DNA of 64,000 nt from a virus (taxonomy: Duplodnaviria; Caudoviricetes), in IMG/VR virus record IMGVR_UViG_3300020577_004280, positions 64,001-128,000 of that record; one strand, given 5' to 3'. Each line of letters begins with the position of its first letter. Position 1 is the stretch's first letter. Position numbers and translations under genes: made by a program. The notes beneath the pieces were generated by a model, which saw only the letters and a program-made list of their open reading frames with translations, was not told the origin of the DNA and did no database searches. Shown in pieces: positions 9,078-18,803 of the stretch.

Positions 9078-10605
9078 GTTATCTGATGTCGGAGCAGAAA
9101 GAGCAGTATTAGCCGGTATTTTTAGATATGGTATAGATGGATATACTGAGGTTTCTGATATTGTAAGTAATAGCACTTTTACAATTATCTCCAATCAGAT
9201 TATATATAATTGTGCTGAACACGCGATTAAACATAATCCAAAACTAGATTTGCCGGTTTTCTTATCTTCTGCTCACGCGTTAGGTGTGTCCGACCAATTT
9301 AAAGATAAAACAGAGCTAGAATATCTGCGGTCTCTTAATAACTATCCAATTGAGATGGTTAATCTACGTGGCCAAGCTAAGAAAATTAAAAAGCTAGAAA
9401 TAGCTAGAATCTACCAAGATAAATTAAAGCAAGCACATAATGATATTGGTAATATTAATGGTACCGAAACTATTGATGAAATTGTATCTAAAGCCGAAAA
9501 ACCTATATTTGAGTTTGCTAGACAGTTTAATCAAGGAGAAGACCGACCAGTATTAATCGGTGAATCAATTGAAGAATACGTGGAATATTTGACAAATAAC
9601 GAAAACCGGGCTGTAGGTATTCCAAGTGGATTCGATAAATATGACGACGCGATTGGTGGAGGATTTAGGCGTAAAACTGTTGCTTTAATTGGTGCTAGGC
9701 CAAAATGTGGTAAATCTACACTAGCTGATAATGTAGCTATACACGTCAGTCATAGACTAAAAATTCCTGTACTAATGATAGATACAGAAATGTGTGTAGA
9801 AGACCACCAAAATAGATTATTGGCTTATTTTTCTAAAATAAAAATCAATGATATCGAACGTGGTCGATTTGCTAGTAAGAAATATGAAGTAGAGAAAGTT
9901 AGACAGTCAGCTAAAACAATAGCTAAATTACCTTATACATATAAGAACGTAGCTGGTAAAGATTTTGATGAAATTTTATCAATCATTAGACGATGGGTCT
10001 ATCAAGAAGTTGGTTTTGACACTAACGGTAGAACAAACGATTGTTTAATAGTTTATGATTATTTTAAACTTATGAGCCAAGATGCTCTTGAGTCCATGCA
10101 GGAATATCAAGCTATAGGTTTTCAAGTATCTGAATTACATAATTTTTGTATTGAAAATGATGTACCAGTATTAGCTTTTGTGCAATTAAATCGAGATGGT
10201 ATTGATAAAGATTTAACAAGTTCGATTAGTCAATCAGATAGATTAGTTTGGTTATGTACTAATATCAGTATTTATAAAAAGAAAACTGAAGAAGAAATAG
10301 CTGAAGACGGTGAAGAAAACGGTAATCGTAAACTAATTCCATTAGAAGCTCGTCATGGTGGAGGTATGGGTGAAGGTAACTATATTAATATGTTACAACG
10401 TGGCGAATACGCAATGATTACTGAATTAAGAACAAAAGCAGATATACAATTAACAGGTACAGCTTCCACTGGTTTTCCAGTAGAAGAATCTGGATTTGAA
10501 AGCTGGAATAATGGGGCTTGTCTAGATGGATTATCAGAAGATAGAACAAATCAAGGAACTGGTGATACCGGAGATATGTCAAATATTGAATTTCCTTCAA
10601 ATTGA
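9070..10605 (+). CDS. dnaB: Replicative DNA helicase (DnaB family)
   Basis: AERAVL, GIPSGF, ARPKCGKST, DTEM, VYDYFKL, VQLNR. Confidence 0.93.
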   Translation: MSKLSDVGAERAVLAGIFRYGIDGYTEVSDIVSNSTFTIISNQIIYNCAEHAIKHNPKLDLPVFLSSAHALGVSDQFKDKTELEYLRSLNNYPIEMVNLRGQAKKIKKLEIARIYQDKLKQAHNDIGNINGTETIDEIVSKAEKPIFEFARQFNQGEDRPVLIGESIEEYVEYLTNNENRAVGIPSGFDKYDDAIGGGFRRKTVALIGARPKCGKSTLADNVAIHVSHRLKIPVLMIDTEMCVEDHQNRLLAYFSKIKINDIERGRFASKKYEVEKVRQSAKTIAKLPYTYKNVAGKDFDEILSIIRRWVYQEVGFDTNGRTNDCLIVYDYFKLMSQDALESMQEYQAIGFQVSELHNFCIENDVPVLAFVQLNRDGIDKDLTSSISQSDRLVWLCTNISIYKKKTEEEIAEDGEENGNRKLIPLEARHGGGMGEGNYINMLQRGEYAMITELRTKADIQLTGTASTGFPVEESGFESWNNGACLDGLSEDRTNQGTGDTGDMSNIEFPSN

Positions 10606-11617
10606 TTATAAAGATTATTCTGGATATTACAGTTTAAAATGCCCTATCCACGGTTCAAACAAAGAAGGGTCGGTTAGCGTATATAAAAATACTGGTATTT
10701 GGAGTTGCTGGACTAATCATTGTGAAGAAGAATGCGGTAAAGGTTTTTTTGATTTTCTGTCAGCGTATTTAGAATCTATCGGTGAACCCAAAAGCAAAAC
10801 ACAAATCGCCCTTCTATGTGCTAGTATCATTAACTGTGATATTACAAAATTTAATTCAATTGAAGACTATCAAATCAAGGTTGATTCTGCAAGATTAGTC
10901 AACTCTTTTATAAAAGAGCGTAAGTTGTTGGAAGGTAAGATATTACGTCAAACTATTCGTGAAAAATTACAGATTCCATCACGCTACTATCTTGATAGAG
11001 GATATAAAGACAATATACTAGATAAGTACGACGTTGGTTTTTGTTCGACTCAAGGGAAGGAAATGTTTGGTAGGGTTGTAGTACCTGTATATGACGACAA
11101 CTATAAATTTATGGTTGGATGTTTAGGTCGTAGTTTATATGGAAAATGCAACAAATGCAATAAATGTCATTCACCAAAACGTAATTGTCCATCAAACCCA
11201 ATAGAAGAATTATGGGCCGCAAAATGGAAAAATAGTAAAAATTTCAAAGCTGAAAACTATTTGTATAATTACTGGTTTTCCAAAAATGCTATTAAAAATA
11301 GTAAAACTGTAGTAATAGTTGAAGGTCAAGGAGATGTATGGAGACTCGAAGAATCGGGAGTGGATTGTTCAGTTGGAGTGTTTGGTGCGAAAATTACGGA
11401 TGGTCAATTAATCCTATTGGAACAATCAGGTGCCCAAAACATAATAATTGCTCCAGATAACGATGAAGAGGGCGAAAAATTTAGAAAACGCGTAAGAGAT
11501 AAATGTAGTAGAATGTTTAATATATTTGATATTTCCTTGGTTAAAAAAGACTTTGGAGAGATGTCAATTGACGAAACCAAAAAATTAGTATTACCGGTCT
11601 TAGAAAGGTGTATTTAA
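10526..11617 (+). CDS. dnaG: DNA primase (CHC2 zinc finger + TOPRIM)
   Basis: CPIH...WSCWT..C, RVVVPV, IVEGQGDV, APDNDEEG, KDFGE. Confidence 0.9.
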   Translation: MDYQKIEQIKELVIPEICQILNFLQIDYKDYSGYYSLKCPIHGSNKEGSVSVYKNTGIWSCWTNHCEEECGKGFFDFLSAYLESIGEPKSKTQIALLCASIINCDITKFNSIEDYQIKVDSARLVNSFIKERKLLEGKILRQTIREKLQIPSRYYLDRGYKDNILDKYDVGFCSTQGKEMFGRVVVPVYDDNYKFMVGCLGRSLYGKCNKCNKCHSPKRNCPSNPIEELWAAKWKNSKNFKAENYLYNYWFSKNAIKNSKTVVIVEGQGDVWRLEESGVDCSVGVFGAKITDGQLILLEQSGAQNIIIAPDNDEEGEKFRKRVRDKCSRMFNIFDISLVKKDFGEMSIDETKKLVLPVLERCI

Positions 11618-12414
11618 TGCAGAAGATAGTCGTGTTCGCAGGAAGAAAACAATCAGGTAAAAGTTCTGCTTGTGCTTTTTTACATGGTCATATGTTGAAG
11701 AAAAATAACGAAATTAAATTCTTTGATATTAATGAAGATGGAAAACTAATAGTTAACGCAATATATGATGATGAAAACGGACAAGAACAAGAGGGCGAAG
11801 GTATCATTCAAATTGAGCGAAAAGATTATGAATTTTCTCAATATGCAATACATCATGTTTGGCCTCATATCAAAATCTATAATTTCGCAGATAGATTAAA
11901 AGAAACGGTATGTTCTATTTTTGGTGTTGACCCAGAACTTATTAACGGTACTAATGAGCAAAAAAATACACCAACACATCTAAAATATTCAGATTTCGCT
12001 TTTTGCATGTATCCAGGTGAAATTAACAAACTAAAAAAAGAAGAAAAATATGAGTCGTTCTTAACTGTAAGAGAAGTATTACAGTTTTTTGGTACTAAAG
12101 TTTGTCGCCGTATTCAAGATAACTGTTGGATTGATAATTGCATCAGAGATATTGTAACTGAACAGATACCCTTTGTAACAGTTGGAGATTGCAGATTTCC
12201 AAATGAAGTCTTAGCAATGCAAGCTATAGGTGCTAAAGTTATTCACCTAAAACGCCGTATAGATAATGATAATGATTTATCCGAATCATCTTTAGATAAT
12301 TTTGAAGGTTTTGATTTTGTTCTTGACAACCAAGATATGACTTTGGTAGAAAAACATATTGAGATTTTCAAATACCTAGAGTCTATTGGATACGTAGAAG
12401 GCCCAATTCAATAA
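11617..12414 (+). CDS. Deoxynucleoside monophosphate kinase (T4 gp1-like)
   Basis: GRKQSGKS, FADRLKE, REVLQFFGT, DCRFPNE. Confidence 0.85.
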   Translation: MQKIVVFAGRKQSGKSSACAFLHGHMLKKNNEIKFFDINEDGKLIVNAIYDDENGQEQEGEGIIQIERKDYEFSQYAIHHVWPHIKIYNFADRLKETVCSIFGVDPELINGTNEQKNTPTHLKYSDFAFCMYPGEINKLKKEEKYESFLTVREVLQFFGTKVCRRIQDNCWIDNCIRDIVTEQIPFVTVGDCRFPNEVLAMQAIGAKVIHLKRRIDNDNDLSESSLDNFEGFDFVLDNQDMTLVEKHIEIFKYLESIGYVEGPIQ

Positions 12415-13427
12415 TGAAGATACGCGATGACCTAAAACTAGATTTCAACGACGTTCTAATAGAACCAGCAGTTAGTGAAGTAGTGTCAAGAAAAGATATA
12501 GACCTGACACGGAAGTACAAATTTAAACATTCTAAAGCAGAATGGGCTGGTTTTCCTATAGTAGCTGCCAATATGTATGCTACTGGAACTTATGAAATGT
12601 GGCAAAGTCTATCAAGTAAGAATTGTATGACGGCGTTACATAAATATAATGAAATAGTAAGCTGGCCGTTATTGTATAATGAGAATACAAAACCAACGTG
12701 GGATAACGTATGGTATACGCTAGGAATAGATGATGAGGCTCTTGATTATTTCGCTGAGTGTATAAGTAAATATCTACCGATGCGTTTTTTAATGATTGAT
12801 GTTGCAAATGGTTATATGACTAAGATGGTAGACTTCATAAAAAGGGTTAGAGAGAAATGTCCAACCCATACTATTTGTGCAGGCAACGTTTGTACAGCTT
12901 CCGCTACCGAACAATTAATTTTAGCTGGAGCCGATATAGTGAAGATTGGTATCGGCCCTTCAATAGTTTGTGATACTCGTATAGTAACCGGAGTAGGATA
13001 TCCTCAGTTAAGTGCTATTATTGAAACCGCTGATGTAGCCCATCACTACGATGCTCATATTATAGCTGACGGTGGCTGTAAAACAATCGGTGATATTAGT
13101 AAGGCTTTTGCTGCTGGTGCGGATTACGTGATGTTAGGTACAATGTTAACAGGCTATAAAGAAAACAGTGGTAAACGTATTAACGGTAAACTACAAGTCT
13201 TCGGTATGTCGTCAAATGATGCTCTCAATCAGTTTCATGGTGGTAAAGCTACACACAGAGCTTCAGAGGGTAACACGATAATGGTACCATATAAAGACGA
13301 AAGCGTAAAAACCATGATTGACGAAATCAAAGGTGGAGTTGCTAGCACATGCTCTTACGTTGGTGCTAAAAAACTCAAAGACCTTTCCAAATGTACAACT
13401 TTTATTAAGGTGAATAGGATAAAATGA
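12414..13427 (+). CDS. guaC: GMP reductase
   Basis: LDFNDVLI.P, PIVAANM, IDVANGY, KIGIGP..VC.TR, IADGG, FGMSS, RASEG; no CBS domains. Confidence 0.9.
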   Translation: MKIRDDLKLDFNDVLIEPAVSEVVSRKDIDLTRKYKFKHSKAEWAGFPIVAANMYATGTYEMWQSLSSKNCMTALHKYNEIVSWPLLYNENTKPTWDNVWYTLGIDDEALDYFAECISKYLPMRFLMIDVANGYMTKMVDFIKRVREKCPTHTICAGNVCTASATEQLILAGADIVKIGIGPSIVCDTRIVTGVGYPQLSAIIETADVAHHYDAHIIADGGCKTIGDISKAFAAGADYVMLGTMLTGYKENSGKRINGKLQVFGMSSNDALNQFHGGKATHRASEGNTIMVPYKDESVKTMIDEIKGGVASTCSYVGAKKLKDLSKCTTFIKVNRIK

Positions 13428-13903
13428 TATTATATACTTGCGTGGGTCTACCAAGGTCTGGTAAATCCACATATTGCAAACAGTTTATTAAATTCAGGGG
13501 AAACCATTGTCTTATATCTGGAGATAGCGTAAGATTTGCATTAACTGGACAAAGATATAACTCGAATACTGAAGAAATAGTACACGCTATAAAATATATC
13601 TCAATTAAAGCAGCATTGTTAAACCATCAAAACGTGGTGTACGACGGAACAAATACCACGATGGATAGTCTTAAAAAAATAGAGAAAATAGCTCAAGATT
13701 ATGGGGCGAAACCTTACTTTTGGTTATTTGATACTTCTGTATCTTTATGTGTACAAAGAGCAATGCAAACAAAGCAAGACGATTTGATACCAATCATAGT
13801 TAATATGGGTAGTCAAATTACTCTAACTAAAGAATATATTAAACAAACCTATCCAAAAAACTACGGAATAATAACTAATGATAACGGCATATATACGTTC
13901 TAG
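13424..13903 (+). CDS. P-loop kinase (AAA_33/polynucleotide kinase-like)
   Basis: VGLPRSGKST, SGDSVR, VVYDGTN. Confidence 0.8.
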   Translation: MILYTCVGLPRSGKSTYCKQFIKFRGNHCLISGDSVRFALTGQRYNSNTEEIVHAIKYISIKAALLNHQNVVYDGTNTTMDSLKKIEKIAQDYGAKPYFWLFDTSVSLCVQRAMQTKQDDLIPIIVNMGSQITLTKEYIKQTYPKNYGIITNDNGIYTF

Positions 13904-15848
13904 CAGTCTTGGTACACTCAAAATGTGTGAGACTCAATACTACATCTCTTATGTTCTAGGAATAGACCAAAGAGCCAACCAACGAGCAGAGCTTGGTACA
14001 ATATTCCACAAAGTTATGGAATGCCTAGCGTTATGTAGATTAAGAGAGCAAAAAAACGAAGATTACGTCATTAATGATGATGCGGTTGGAGAGATTTTAA
14101 ACAATTTTGATTTTAAGTCTGATGGTGGTATATCGATATTAATTGATAGAGCGTATGATTATTATACCAAACGCAGCACACACGAATATAAAAAAGCACA
14201 CTATAAAGAAGTGTGTCAGTGGATACCGGATACTTTAAATTATAAAGGTGGTATTTATGACCCTCGTAAACGAGATATATTTGCCGCCGAACAGAAATTT
14301 GATATTGAAATTCCTTATGATTGGGCTAAATATAAATACGAACTAAATGGCGAGACCGTTGAAGGTAACTTGCGTATTAAAGGTACAATCGATTTAATAC
14401 TTGATATAAATACTGACACTGTAGAGGTTTGCGATTGGAAAGGGCTTCCGCTAGAAACTAAAATTCCAACACCTACCGGTTTTACGACGATGGGCGGGAT
14501 TAAAGTTGGTGACAAAGTTTTTGACCAAAAAGGCCATCAATGTAATGTAGTGGGTAAATCAGATGTCAAAGTAAAAGATTGTTACAAAATAATATTTGAT
14601 GACAAAACATCAGTTATTTGTGACAATGAACATTTATGGAAAATGTACGACGGAAAAGTCAAACCTGTCACTGAGTTAAAAATAAATGACAAGATAAATG
14701 TTGCGAAGGCTATAGAATGCGACGAGGTTGATTTGCCAATAGACCCATATTTACTTGGTTTATGGTTGGGTGATGGTAAAAATAGAAGCAGCGAAATTAA
14801 TTGCGGGGATGCTGAAATATTTCAAACACTAATAAATAAAAGTTTTGAAATTGGAGAAAATCTTGAGAAGCGTAAAAAAACACTAGAAACAAGAACGACA
14901 CTTAATCAGACTGGAAAATTTAGAGAACTAAATCTATTGCACAATAAGCATATTCCAGAAATATATTTTAGAGCATCTTTTAATCAAAGATTAGAATTGT
15001 TGCAAGGACTTATGGATACAGACGGCAATGTAAATTCAGTAAGAAAACAAGCTGTGTTTACATCTTGTAACAAAAAACTATCTGACGACGTTAAACATTT
15101 ATTATTAACTTTGGGACAAAGACCAAATCAGGTTTTTGTAACTAAAAATTCTAGATTTACATCTGGTACAAGCTATCGAAATGTTAAAATATATCCACTC
15201 GCATTTAAGCCGATAGATATAAACCCGTTTCTTATTTCTGGAAAAAGAGACAGGATTCTTAAAGCATGGGGTCATGGTAAGTCTTCAATAAGAAGAATTG
15301 TTTCCATCGAAGTTAGCCCAGCTTGTCAAACCCAATGCATTTCTGTAGATAGTCCAGATAATACGTATCTTTGTACAGAAAATTACATTCCTACTCATAA
15401 TACTGGAGCTACTAGAAAAGATTGGGCGACAGGCAAGCAAAAAGAGTATGCAGACTTTCAAAAAGATACTCAACTAATGCTTTACTATTACGCCATCAAG
15501 AAACTCTACCCGGATAAAAATGTTATATTTACAATCTTTTGGGTGAGAGATGGGGGTCCATTCACCCTTTGTTTTGATGACTCTGACATGCTCGCAGTCG
15601 AGCAAAACCTGAAAGAAAAATCTTCGTATATTTGGAACAATACGCAACCTTCTATGTTGTCAAAAACACAAAACGATTTTAGATGTTATCGTTTATGTCA
15701 TTATTGTAAAAATGATTGGCCGGGAACCAGTATCAATATTTGTAATTATGTGCAACAACACATAAAGAAAAACGGTATACAAAATACAACAGAAGAATTG
15801 ATGGCCAAAGGGTTCAATCCCGGAATTTATCGTTCTCCGGGAGAATAA
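13878..15848 (+). CDS. Cas4/AddB-like PD-(D/E)XK exonuclease interrupted by an intein
   Basis: SSLGTLKMC, GTIFHKVME, E, KGTIDL, DWK|TG, QL..Y, C-terminal CYRLCHYC. Confidence 0.88.
   Translation: MITAYIRSSSLGTLKMCETQYYISYVLGIDQRANQRAELGTIFHKVMECLALCRLREQKNEDYVINDDAVGEILNNFDFKSDGGISILIDRAYDYYTKRSTHEYKKAHYKEVCQWIPDTLNYKGGIYDPRKRDIFAAEQKFDIEIPYDWAKYKYELNGETVEGNLRIKGTIDLILDINTDTVEVCDWKGLPLETKIPTPTGFTTMGGIKVGDKVFDQKGHQCNVVGKSDVKVKDCYKIIFDDKTSVICDNEHLWKMYDGKVKPVTELKINDKINVAKAIECDEVDLPIDPYLLGLWLGDGKNRSSEINCGDAEIFQTLINKSFEIGENLEKRKKTLETRTTLNQTGKFRELNLLHNKHIPEIYFRASFNQRLELLQGLMDTDGNVNSVRKQAVFTSCNKKLSDDVKHLLLTLGQRPNQVFVTKNSRFTSGTSYRNVKIYPLAFKPIDINPFLISGKRDRILKAWGHGKSSIRRIVSIEVSPACQTQCISVDSPDNTYLCTENYIPTHNTGATRKDWATGKQKEYADFQKDTQLMLYYYAIKKLYPDKNVIFTIFWVRDGGPFTLCFDDSDMLAVEQNLKEKSSYIWNNTQPSMLSKTQNDFRCYRLCHYCKNDWPGTSINICNYVQQHIKKNGIQNTTEELMAKGFNPGIYRSPGE
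14442..15401 (+). mobile_element. Intein (class 3 WCT type, Gly1) with LAGLIDADG homing endonuclease
   Basis: GLPLETKIPTPTG...CDNEHLW...LLGLWLGDG...LQGLMDTDG...QCISVDS...IPTHN|T; excision restores DWKTG. Confidence 0.9.
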
Positions 15849-15863
15849 TGAAAGGATTTGTAA

Positions 15864-17021
15864 ATGTTTGAACAGTTTACCAGTATGATTACAAATAATC
15901 AATTAGCGTCAGCAGGTATGCTTACCGTAATCACAGGAAGTATCCTAGCTTATTGTAGAAGTTTTCCAAGCAAAATATATCAACTTTTCTTGCTTTATTT
16001 TACCACAGAGTTAGATTTAAAAAATGGAAGTTCGGCTTACTATTGGACCAATTATTGGTTTAGCGGTCTTGAAACAACAAAATATGGTAAATTTGAAATA
16101 GATGTAATGAGAGATGATATCAAATACACTATTGCTGATGGAACATATTGGCGATGGTATAATAATAGATTGGTAATAGTTAATAAATATCGTAAGAAAT
16201 CAGATGATAATAGAGAACAAGAATGGATATCTTTACGATTTTTTGCAACTAAAAAAATTACATCTCAGTTTTTAGCAGAAATCAAAAAGAACGCAGATGC
16301 TACTGAATTTTCATATATTTCTGTAAATGTTAATAATGGTGGATGTTGGCGAAATTTAACAAGTAGACCTATAAATATTAGCGAACCAATTCTAGAAAAA
16401 GATACTTTTCGACATATTGTTGATGACGCTGAACAGTTTGTTAAAAGCGAAAACCTTTATAATGAACGTGGACTAGTGTATAAGCGTGGTTATATCTTTT
16501 CCGGTCCACCTGGCAATGGTAAAACCACAACAATCGCGGCTATGGCAGCTAGACTTAAAAGACATATATATCATATTTGTCTTAATAATATCACCAGTCA
16601 GCAATTTATAGAGTTAATTTCTTATATTTCTCCTGCTTCTTTATTAATCTTGGAAGATATTGATTGTATTAAATCAGTTAAGAGTAGAATAGATTGTCAG
16701 TCTGACAATGAAAAGCCTCTACCATTAGATATGAGTACAATATTAAACGTACTTGACGGCAATCTAACTCCACATGGCCTAATGTTCGTAATGACTACTA
16801 ATCATAAAGATAAATTAGACCCAGCTTTATTGAGACCTGGAAGAACAGATGTTCATGTAGAAATCAATGGTCCAAATCAAGATAAAGTTAAAAGATTGTA
16901 TAATAGATTAATGGGTACCAATGAAGGTTTTGAAGAGTTTGCAAAATACGAATTTACATCAATGGCAGAAGCACAAAATAAAATTCTAGAATTGAAAGGA
17001 ACCTATGTGGTCTCCACTTAA
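15864..17021 (+). CDS. BCS1-like AAA+ ATPase with N-terminal membrane anchor
   Basis: Hydrophobic residues about 13-31; YKRGY.FSGPPGNGKTT, LEDID, LNVLDG, MTTNH..KLDPALLRPGR.D. Confidence 0.85.
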   Translation: MFEQFTSMITNNQLASAGMLTVITGSILAYCRSFPSKIYQLFLLYFTTELDLKNGSSAYYWTNYWFSGLETTKYGKFEIDVMRDDIKYTIADGTYWRWYNNRLVIVNKYRKKSDDNREQEWISLRFFATKKITSQFLAEIKKNADATEFSYISVNVNNGGCWRNLTSRPINISEPILEKDTFRHIVDDAEQFVKSENLYNERGLVYKRGYIFSGPPGNGKTTTIAAMAARLKRHIYHICLNNITSQQFIELISYISPASLLILEDIDCIKSVKSRIDCQSDNEKPLPLDMSTILNVLDGNLTPHGLMFVMTTNHKDKLDPALLRPGRTDVHVEINGPNQDKVKRLYNRLMGTNEGFEEFAKYEFTSMAEAQNKILELKGTYVVST

Positions 17022-18561
17022 CGTTTTAACGCATTTTTCTCCCTGTGTAGGTTTTAATAAACCTGAACAATTGCTTGAGAAATGTAAAGAATATGGTTAT
17101 ACTAGCTGCGCGATTACAGATGAATGTACTTTGTCTGGAACAGTTGATTTCTTAGAGCAAGCTAAGAAACATGGAATTAAACCAATCATTGGTGCTAGAT
17201 TTGGTGATACGCTCTTATTAAGTAAAAATTATAATGGTTGGCTTAATCTAATTAAGATGACCTCAAAAAAGAATATTTTAGAATACAATGGTAATGATAG
17301 CTTAATAGCTATCGTACCGGATACATATTCTCAAGAAGACTTATTTACTCTAAAAGATGTATTTGAGAACATCTACTCTTATTCTGAAGTTGGATGTGAG
17401 CAAAAATGCTTGTACCCAATGTCAGAAAGTAAAAAAGACTACTCTATTCTAGCGGAAGAATTATTACAAAGCGAACATTCGCTAATGCCACCAAGTATTA
17501 CGCTTTCATTAGATAAAAACGTGTTATCTAAGAATGCAGAAATAGTAGAACAGTGCGAAGAATACGCTATCAGTAAAGGGTTAAACTTACCTGAATTCAC
17601 TCCACCTGTCGGTGTGTCTCAATATGATTATATGGTTGAGTTATGTCGTAAAGGGTGGAATAAAAAAATTAAAGGTAAAATCCCAAAGGATAAAGAACAG
17701 GAATACATCGATAGAATTAAGATGGAATTAGACGTTTTCAAAAATATCGGACTTGAAGGATATTTTCTAATTGTACAAGATTACATCTCTTTCGCAAAAA
17801 GTAATAAATGGTTATGCAGTCCTAGTCGTGGGTCAGTCGGAGGCAGTTTAGCTTCATATTTACTTGATATTACCTCTATTGACCCAATATTCTACAATCT
17901 ATCTTTTGAGAGATTTTATAATGCTGGCCGTAACACAAAAGATAATAAAACGATGCCCGATATTGATACAGACTTTCCTAAAAATAAGCGTGATTTAGTA
18001 ATTGCTTATATCAAAAATAAATACGGTCATGACAAAGTATCACAAATTGTTACTTTCCATGAACTTAAAGGAAAGTCAGCGATAAAAGAGGTTTGTCGCG
18101 CACATAAAGCTGTTTCATTTGATGAAATGAATGCTATTACAAAACACATTCCGTCAAAAGAAGAAATATCAGACTTACTTGCCGATAGCAACGAATCATC
18201 AATTTTACGGTGGACACTACAAAACGAGCCAGATGTACTCAAAGACTGGGTAACTATGGATGAAGAAGGTAATATATCTGGTGATATGGCGTCTTTATTT
18301 GAACAAGCTATAAGACTTGAAGGTACGATTATAGGTTCTGGTAAACATGCTTCTGGTATTGTAATCTCTGGTCAGCCGTTAGCTGATTGTTGCCCAATGA
18401 TAGAAGATAAAGATGGTGAAATGATAGCTGGTTTTAATATGTCACATTTGGAAAAAGCCGGATTTATTAAATTTGATATATTGGGAGTTACTGTGTTAGA
18501 TAAACTAATGGGTATCAATAACCTATTAAGATATGGTAAAATTAACGTGGAGGAACAATGA
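17005..18561 (+). CDS. dnaE: DNA polymerase III alpha, N-terminal half (degenerate PHP + palm/thumb)
   Basis: AITD, IKPIIG, GYFLIVQDY, RGS.GGSL, FERF, PDIDTDF, KHASG, KFDILG, then stop. Confidence 0.92.
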   Translation: MWSPLNVLTHFSPCVGFNKPEQLLEKCKEYGYTSCAITDECTLSGTVDFLEQAKKHGIKPIIGARFGDTLLLSKNYNGWLNLIKMTSKKNILEYNGNDSLIAIVPDTYSQEDLFTLKDVFENIYSYSEVGCEQKCLYPMSESKKDYSILAEELLQSEHSLMPPSITLSLDKNVLSKNAEIVEQCEEYAISKGLNLPEFTPPVGVSQYDYMVELCRKGWNKKIKGKIPKDKEQEYIDRIKMELDVFKNIGLEGYFLIVQDYISFAKSNKWLCSPSRGSVGGSLASYLLDITSIDPIFYNLSFERFYNAGRNTKDNKTMPDIDTDFPKNKRDLVIAYIKNKYGHDKVSQIVTFHELKGKSAIKEVCRAHKAVSFDEMNAITKHIPSKEEISDLLADSNESSILRWTLQNEPDVLKDWVTMDEEGNISGDMASLFEQAIRLEGTIIGSGKHASGIVISGQPLADCCPMIEDKDGEMIAGFNMSHLEKAGFIKFDILGVTVLDKLMGINNLLRYGKINVEEQ

Positions 18562-18803
18562 GTCGTAGATTAGATGAAATATCAGTAATTGAATTAGTTG
18601 AAAATGGTTGTGAAATCCTGATTGGTAGACTATCAATTACTCCAATTAAAAGACATCAAAACGCTAAATTAGAATATATGGTAGATTGTGACCATTATAA
18701 AGCTAAAATTAGTAAATTATTTAAGAGTGCCAGAGAAGCTGCGGAAAAATTCTGTATGTTAAAAAACGTAATATACGGTGGACGTAGAAATGACCTTGAT
18801 TAA
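18558..18803 (+). CDS. hypothetical protein
   Basis: 81 aa, GGAGGA RBS, ATGA coupling. Confidence 0.65.
   Translation: MSRRLDEISVIELVENGCEILIGRLSITPIKRHQNAKLEYMVDCDHYKAKISKLFKSAREAAEKFCMLKNVIYGGRRNDLD

Noticed and set aside
10500-10605. Programmed frameshift producing a helicase-primase fusion
   Set aside because: No convincing slippery heptamer, and the primase has its own ATG and complete N-terminal zinc finger.
13878-15848. Cas4-like gene as evidence of a CRISPR-Cas system
   Set aside because: No repeat-spacer array or other cas genes; solo Cas4-like nucleases are common in phage replication modules.
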